64,000 bases of DNA, taken from positions 1 to 64,000 of the forward strand of contig CAUYUJ010000322.1 in assembly GCA_963575745.1 (NCBI GenBank), written 5' to 3'. A model generated the notes under the pieces. The model had not been told where the DNA came from. It worked only from the letters and a program-made list of their open reading frames with translations, and searched no databases. This document shows positions 56,529 through 64,000 of this stretch, one piece after another; position 1 is the first letter of the stretch, and the number at the start of each line of letters is the position of its first letter. The position numbers and the translations under genes were made by a program. This DNA is from Prorocentrum cordatum. Its lineage: Eukaryota.

Positions 56529-56911
56529 TACCTCGTGGAGGTCTTCGGCGTCGATGAGCTGAGGAATACCTCGTAGAGGAGCTAGTTGACCGACCCGGCC
56601 TTAAGAGACAAAGTGGTGACTTTGGGTCGATTTTGCTAAGATTTGAGAGATATTTGACCATTCATTTTGAGAAACCATATTTTTCGCACCTGTAATGGGT
56701 TATGACTCTTGCGCCTGTAAAATTTTCAGGTCCGTAGGTACAGTATTACTACCAAAACATTTGGAGCAACCGACGTTAGATAAACATCGAAAAACGTTTT
56801 TTTTTTTTCTCGAGTTTCTCGGATCTCGCTCCAGAAGCTTCCCTCATGTGTTCCGAGGGGCGCGGAAAGAGCTCTACGAGGGTCCCGGCGGTCTACGAGG
56901 GCCCCGGCGGT

Positions 56912-59900
56912 CCCGGAGGAGTGTGAAGAGATAGCTGCGGAGGTCTATGAGCAGATCACTCGTTCTCGTAACGTACTCCGCACTAAGTTTCCTCATGCCA
57001 GCTTTTGTGTTCTGCTCGATGCAAATGTGGAGATTCTGCCTGGATGCAAGTTTACGTATAATGGGGCGGTGTATGAGGCTACTGGAGAGGAGGGTACTCG
57101 TATGGAAAGAAGGTGGGAGAGAGGAGGAGACGGTACACAGCATATTGAGAGGAGGAATCGGAGGAGGAGGCTGAAGGAGCTGCTCTTAGAGTTCATGGAA
57201 TCGCATGGACTGAAGGCCGCCAACACTTTCAATACTAGGAGGCATAGTTGGGAGTCGTGGGGGGAGAACAAGTTTCTGGCTTCGAAGAGGGTCCTGGATT
57301 ACCTACTTGTCCCTTATCGTTGGGAGTTCTCGGATCTGGAGGTGAAGTGGTGTTTCAAGAGGGGTGGTAAGAAGCAGGTCAGCAGATTATCAGATCACGC
57401 TATCATCGCGGCGAGTCTCACGGACCCTGGGGAAGTGATTGTTCGTCGCCCAGACCCCCAGCCTGGTCAAAGTTTTAGGCCGTCCCTGGTCGGATACAAG
57501 TGTTCGACTTGGGCTGATGAGCATCAGGCTCGGCAGCGTGTGGATATGAATCTAGGCGGTGCGGCCTTCGCTCGTTCGGGGTGTCCGTCTGTGCTCCGTC
57601 CCGAGTGCTTGCAGAGTACTATGCTGGAGGCGTACGTGTCGCCTGCGGTGGACTTCTCCACCACGAGGGCGGGGGGGCCAAAGGAGCCGTCCAGGCCGGT
57701 GCAGCTCACTTGGGCCGAGGGGGAGGTTAAGATGTGTCCGAAGGAGGAGGTTGAGAGGTTGAGGAGGTTAAAGAATGAGGCCAATCGTCTACGCAGAAGT
57801 TATCGACGGGATATGATTATGTGCAGATGTCCCCCAACAAAACGAAAGGTCATATATACTATCAAACATTTAGTGGTGGATGGGAGGGAGACGGAGGATC
57901 GTGAGGAGTTGAAGGAGGAGCTCGACAAGTTCGTTCGTTTCAAGGTGTCGTCCGAGGAGGCACGCAATTCCACTAACAGTATGATGGAGGAGATCAGGAT
58001 GAGGGCTGAACATGAGGTGCGATCCACATCAGTTTTGGGAATTAGTATGGCGCTGCTTCTCAGAGCACGGGCTCGGCTGAAGACCCAGAGGGCTACTAGG
58101 CCAGATGGGGTACCGTGCGAGATTCTCAGGAGTTTGCCGCGGTGTGCTCTCAGATCGATCCAGAAGTTGTTCGATAAAATCATCAAGCTCATGACTCCTT
58201 ATCCGCAGTCGTGGCGTCAGATCCTCATCTCTTTTATGCCCAAGATTCCAGGGATTACTAAGTTGAAAGACGGTCGTTTGCTGTGTATGCAGAATGCTGT
58301 TTCGAGATGGTTCAGTTCCTGTATTGTTCTCCTGGTTGAGGGCCATGTTGAAAGAAACTGAGTTTTTCGTCATATTGGGTTGTATGGGTTCCAGCAACAT
58401 CGTCGTACACACGAAATCACGGCTAGCATCAAACATATAGGTCAACATGCTGCACACTGGGGAAAAGGGAAAACGGCACACTTGGCGAACGCTGATGTCC
58501 TCCAGGCGTTCGATCACTGCACTGTGGCCAATGTCAGGCGTGGGTTGGATCATGCAAATGTGCCCCCTGTACTTACAGTATCCTCTACTTAACCCCATGT
58601 GTGAATGTATAGGCACTGTCTATTATGATGGGATTGAGGTTTTGGAGGTGATGTGGGACAAATGTATTCGGACGGGAGGGCCTGAGGGCCCATTGGCTTT
58701 CAATCTTATTGTTGCCGCTACGCGGAGTTCCACGATTCGAGAATGGGACGTGCTGGGCCTAGGTTATCGTATTGAGTTTGCTACTGGCTCGACTAGCTGT
58801 GTTTCGGTTATTAATCACTTCCTCTGGGCGGACAACTGTTATGTTCTGGCTCGGAGTCGGGAGGAACTCACGCGCATGTTACATGACTATGGTATGAGAT
58901 GGAAGGAGTCCAGTCTACTGTGCATGGTGTTCGGTGCTGCTCCTCCGCGTGATGCGGAAGGGGAAATATTCCGAACTGCTGATCTTGTTCTTTCGATTGG
59001 GTCGGAGGATTCGGGAGTGTATCGATTCAGAAGAGTGACGGAGATGGAGGTGCTTGAGGCTCACATTTGTTTTGAACTACATGTAAATGAGCATCCAGAT
59101 CTGGATGCTAGTATTGACTCTGCTCGAAGGGCGTTCTGGGGCCAGGCGTCCTTCTTCCGCTCTACGGCCATTCCGCTGAAAGATAAGTATGAGAGGTATG
59201 CGCAGAGGGTTCAGAGTATTGTTCTCTACGCGGCGGCAGGATGTACGGTCGACTCTAACTCATTGAGTGCCCTTCATATCTTTGAGGGTAAGTGCCTGGC
59301 TGTCATGTCTCGTTGTGTACGGAGGGAGGAGGAAAGTTATCAGGAGTGGAATACGAGGAGGTACGAACGTGCGAGACAAAACACCCATGATGCACATTAT
59401 GTGGGTATTGTACAGAAGTTTCTCAGAGTGCACTCCATGTGGGCAATCGACGTCCACGATTTTGCCCAGAGGTTGATCGCATATCAGGAGGCGCTGGAGG
59501 CGAACTCTACAAGAGCTTGGAGAGATTCTCGTTTCTCATGCCTGGCGTTTGGCCGGCTGTGGGATAGAACGAGGACAGATTCAAGCGAGGCTCTCAGATG
59601 TTGGGGGAAATGGAAGTAGGCCAGCTCACTGAAACGACATCGTGGGGGACAGGAGAGTGTAGGACTTCGTTCTTGGTATTATTCTTTGGAATCGTTTTAT
59701 GGTTTATCCTGGTGGGCGTTCTTTGTTGGAAGCTTTGAACATTTCATGGATTTCGCTGCGCATGTTTGTTCTAGTAGTATGTTGAAGTATTTCCAGAAGA
59801 AATGCAAAGGCTTGGCGTCCTCAGGGGTGCCTGTGTTCTTGAATATGGATGAGGATGGAAGGGGTTCATATTGGTCAGGATCGGGAGGATACACCAGCAT

Positions 59901-60894
59901 ATAGGGATCGCCCTAGCAAACGTATCGCGCTGCATAACATGCGTTGCACACAGTGGGGCCTCGAAACGAATGGGATGCCATTGGACATCCAGGGGGGTTC
60001 ACTGCTTGTGATTAACTGGCTCTGTGGGATATGGAAAGTATTAGCTCAGGTATATCAGAAAAGGGTAGACACTCTGATAAATAAGTTGGACGAGATGCAG
60101 GATACATACTCGGTGAGGACTCCAGAGGCTGGCCGTGATTTCTTCTCTCACTCTTTTCGGGAATGGAACCAGAGGGCTGACTTACTGACCCATCAGGCCC
60201 GTCAGGGCCATGTGTGCGCCGATTTCTTTTACCTCAGTGATTTCGAATCTCAGTGTTGCTCCTTGCCTTATCAAAGCTGGCTTTGATGGGGGTGTTTGCA
60301 GCCGCGGAAGTGCCTGTGGCGTGTGGATACAGATAGGTATATTTAACAAGTATATCTTCTCGCGGACCGACATCACTTTCAAGGATGTGTATCTTGCGGC
60401 TTGGTGTCTGCCACCAAGTGCCACGGTCGCAGATGCGGAGTTGCCAGCTGCGGAGCGCATATGCGATGTGCTCCCACAGGTTGTGCAGACCTTCTTTGAT
60501 CATTCGCAGTGATAAGTCGCACATTGTGTCATCTCATACTTTGTCTTCTTGTATATTTTAACAGCTTCGCTGTTTATTTGTTCTTTGTTTGTCATCTGTG
60601 TGCTTTGCGATTGATTGTGTCATTGCAGGCTTTTGATTCTCTTTATTTCAACAGCTTCGCTGATGTGAAATAAGAGCTGACTGCTTGCGTGATGAATGAG
60701 AGGCTCTGATTCGCCTGAGACTTCGTTGGACCTGGCCTCAGTGGCCAAGACGGTCCCAGCAAAGACGCAACAACAACCTGGTTGATGCTCCAAGAGTATC
60801 ACGTTTTTCAGGGTACATCCAGCCCACAGGGGATGGCTGCACCAACCACACCGCCCTTGTAGGGCCCCGTGGTCGGACCGCAAACCGCAAAAAA
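56912..60894 (+). mobile_element. Non-LTR retrotransposon copy 3 (5'-truncated, frameshifted ORF2)
   Basis: LDANVEI, AANTFN, LDYLL, SDH; ADVLQAFD, IRTGGPEGP, FLWADN; HSFREWNQRAD then GFDGG. Tail GGACCGCAAACCGCAAAAA|ACCTGGTTGACGGTTTACCGCCGG. Confidence 0.88.
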
Positions 60895-60946
60895 CCTGGT
60901 TGACGGTTTACCGCCGGTTCCCAGTTCCGACGCGGGGTGGAGCTAG

Positions 60947-61322
60947 TACCTCGTAGAGCTCTTCGTCATCGATGAGCTAGAGGAATTCCGTCGCGGGGTG
61001 GAGCTAGTTGGTCGATCCGGCCAGAAAAAAAGATGTGATAACTTTGGGTCGGATTTGCTAAGATTTGAAAGATATTTGACAATTCATTTTGAGTAACCAG
61101 TTTTTTCGCATCTGTAGACGACTGTGAGAGCCTCTGCGTCTTAATATGAGCTCTGTAGGCGCATTTTTACTATCAAAACACTTGGGGGAACCAACTCTAT
61201 GTCGACATGAGAAAATAAATGTTCAATTTTTTTAAGAAATGCCTCCAGAAGCACTCTCCTTCGACTCTGAGCACTCTCGCGCGTGGAAGGAGCTCTACGA
61301 GGTTCCCGGCGGTGACCAGGTT
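60947..61322 (+). mobile_element. Family B element interrupted in its stem-loop by LINE copy 4
   Basis: TACCTCGTAGAGCTC .. GAGCTCTACGAGGTTCCCGGCGGTGACCAGGTT|. Confidence 0.75.
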
Positions 61323-63340
61323 ACGACCCAGGTCTCTGCCCAGGTGGCCCCACTAGCCTCATCTGTCCAGGAGATTCGTGAGGTTCAGGAGTCCCAGGCC
61401 AAGCAGATTCGGGAAATCCAGTTGCAGATGAGCGCCCAGTCCAATGCGTCAGAGGGTGGTTCGTTGGCTGGAGAGTCGACTCGAGCATCGGTTAACAGAG
61501 ACTTTCGTAGACCCTTTGAGCCTCATGTACCGACATGGATTCAGATCTCAGGCTTCTGTAAGGATGATCCTCGAAAGATTGAGAACCGTGACAAGGCCAA
61601 GCTTCCCGTGAGCACTGCGCGTGATATGATCGCAAAGCTGTATGCTGTATCGAGTGCTCGTGACGGGTTGGAGGGCAGCATTTTCGATAAGGAGCGTACT
61701 GAACGGGACTTGGATTCCAACAAATTCGGTGTGACTCGCTTCAGGATCTTTTTCAGGAATGGCACGCCAAAAGACACGGTCTGGGAGGTCAGGAATGAGT
61801 GGTGCACAGCTTGGTCCGCAAAGATTCCCGATCTTCTTTGTCAGAACGCTTTCGGGCCCTATCATGATCAGTATTTGGGTTGGCTTGTGCAGCCGGCACC
61901 GCGGGATCGTAGGAGAGTTTCGGAGACACGTAAGGCTACGGCGCAGTTTCACAAACGTAAGAGGGTGCAGCAGGCCCAGATTCTGTTCGAGGCTGAGGGT
62001 CCTATGAAGGCGTGGATGTATGCCCAACGATCCTCCTCATCGGCTCGCGTGTGTATCGGTATGTGGACAGACGCGCTCGGATGGAAGATCTCGAATGATA
62101 AGTTGAAGGAAGTTGACACGGGGATCGACGGCTCAGTTTGGGAGGTCGCTCTTAACAGTACTCAGTGACGGTGCCCAGCCCTGTGCGGAGGTTGGAATAC
62201 ACGGAGGTTGGGGACACGCACCTCCGAGTGCATGCGATATCTTGCTGACCGTGATCTCTCTATTGTTGCTCTCCAGGAATGCCACCATTTGAATGATGTT
62301 GAGGTTGAGGATGTGGGGTGGGATTCTAGGTACTCCGAGTGTAGGCGGGCTGTTGTCTTGTACCGTGGTTCTCGGAAGCACCTCATCCTAGACAGCATCT
62401 CTGGTGATCGTTGGGTTGCTATTGTATTTCGTCATCTTATCTTCGTTTCCGCTTATCTTCCTCATCGTGAAAGTGAGCTTGGTGATAATGGTGAGCCTCG
62501 GGGATCTTCAGAAGGCCACTACGCTAGTTTCGCCAAGTACACCAGTGTGCTGTCAGGTCTGACATCCAAAGTTCTTGCTGCGAAAAGAAGTATTCCATTC
62601 GTGATCTTGTGTTGCAGGTCGATGCCAACGTGGAAGTGTATCCTAATCAGTCTGTCGATAGGATACTCGTGACTGGGGGGGCGGTGGAGGGTCCCAAGGC
62701 CAAGCCTAGGAGGAAGGCCAAGGAGGGGAGTGCGGACATCATGCGTGATCAGATGCGTGAGATGTATTGTCGGGCCCCTTGAAAACCATGGGCGCCCTGA
62801 AGCTCCGCCTTGCGAACACTTGCGGCACGCGCGCGCCCGCTTGGAAACATTGCACACGTAAATATCAGCATGTGTATGACTACTTCGCTATCCCGACGGA
62901 CTGGCAGGTTCCAGAGGTCTCCTGTTCGTGGGTCTTACCATCTGATGTTGAGCATTAACCCCATAGAGCTCATCACTAAGGCTGTCTTTGAGGGTGCCCG
63001 CGAGACTTTGGACCTTTCTCGTAATTCTGGTAGACAATCTTCTGGGTTTCCGAAGCTCTCAGAGGACCACCTGAGGATTAAGGAGGAGCACTACGGGATT
63101 AGGCGGGAGTACAAGAGGGAGGAGGTGGAGAAGGAGGTGTATAATTACCCTGGCGACGTACCCAACCCCTGCGCAAAAGCGGGGCGCAAATAGTTTAGGA
63201 TACTTTACAAGGGGGCGATGACGGAGCGAGGGTTACATATGTCTGCATACGGAATTCGGGAGACTCGCAGGACACTGGCTACAGGAAAAGGGCTTGATAA
63301 AGCTGATGATTTACAATTCCTGAGCACTCCTAGCCACTTC
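61323..63340 (+). mobile_element. Non-LTR retrotransposon copy 4 (truncated ORF1 to 62168 plus decayed APE region)
   Basis: ORF1 homologous to copy 2. TGA-CGG-TGC..GWNT, LQECH, VSAYLPH, VDANVE, YDYFAI. The 3' boundary is approximate. Confidence 0.75.
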
Positions 63341-63354
63341 GAAAACGGGGATCA

Positions 63355-64000
63355 CAGCAGGCCTCGAAAGTGGCGACAGGTTCGCAGATCGCAGCCCCGC
63401 AGGGATGGGATGGCGAGGTCTCATTTGAATCTGCCCGTGGCCCTCACTGTGCTGGGCCCCCCAGCAGGCCTCGAAAATGGCGACAGTTTCGCAGATCGCA
63501 GCCCCCCAGGGATGGCGAGGTCTAATTTGAATCTGCCCGTGGCCCTCACTGTGCTGGCCCCCCAGCAGGCCTCGAAAGTGGCGACAGTTTCGCAGATCGC
63601 AGCCCCCCAGGGATGGCGAGGTCTAATTTGAATCTGCGCGTTGCCCTCACTGTGCTGGGCCCCCCAGCAGGCCTCGAAAATGGCGACAGTTTCGCAGATC
63701 GCAGCCCCCCAGGGATGGCGAGGTCTAATTTGGGTCCGCGCGTGGCCCTCACTGTGCTGGGCCCCCCAGCAGGCATCGAAAATGGCGACAGTTTCGCAGA
63801 TCGCAGCCCCCCAGGGATGGCGAGGTCTAATTTGAATCCGCGCGTGGCCCTCACTGTGCTGGGCCCCCCAGCAGGCCTCGAAAATGGCGACAGTTTCGCA
63901 GATCGCAGCCCCCCAGGGATGGCGAGGTCTAATTTGAATCCGCGCGTGGCCCTCACTGTGCTGGGCCCCCCAGCAGGCCTCGAAAATGGCGACAGTTTCG
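63355..64000 (+). repeat. 102-bp tandem satellite (>6 units, runs off the window)
   Basis: CAGCAGG unit starts at 63462, 63563, 63665, 63767, 63869 and 63971. Confidence 0.95.

Larger units (their letters stand above)
51942..56892 (+). repeat. Family A/B element stack with nested C elements
   Basis: 178-bp units and repeated terminal stem-loops at ~52630, 53735, 54155, 56083 and 56870. Confidence 0.8.

Overview
This is eukaryotic, almost certainly dinoflagellate, DNA: an exact DinoSL spliced leader plus a relict SL sits at 49891-49926. The window is a nest of mobile elements with no recognisable host gene. (1) About 1.1-20.9 kb is a giant intronless Helitron/Helentron-like element. Its ~5,100-aa polyprotein (HA-like repeats, zinc fingers, HUH Rep, PIF1 helicase, USP deubiquitinase) is split by two frameshifts. 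(2) Much of the rest is stacked non-autonomous DINE-1/HINE-like elements (my labels A, B, C/D) with subterminal inverted repeats. A and B also carry a 3' stem-loop, and family A has ~178-bp central tandem repeats. They insert 5' of a T without a target-site duplication (TSD). (3) Four diverged APE-type non-LTR retrotransposons and two non-autonomous coding inserts all sit in the 3' terminal structures of these rolling-circle elements. The LINEs share an atypical RT (WADN, RTGG-x-EGP), a circularly permuted RNase H, an in-frame ORF1-stop-ORF2 junction suggesting readthrough, and a GAC..CAA-AC..CAA 3' tail. One non-autonomous insert is a twice SL-trans-spliced retrocopy that begins with a piece of its own target site. 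(4) A 102-bp satellite starts at ~63355. All calls come from reading motifs by eye; no searches were run.
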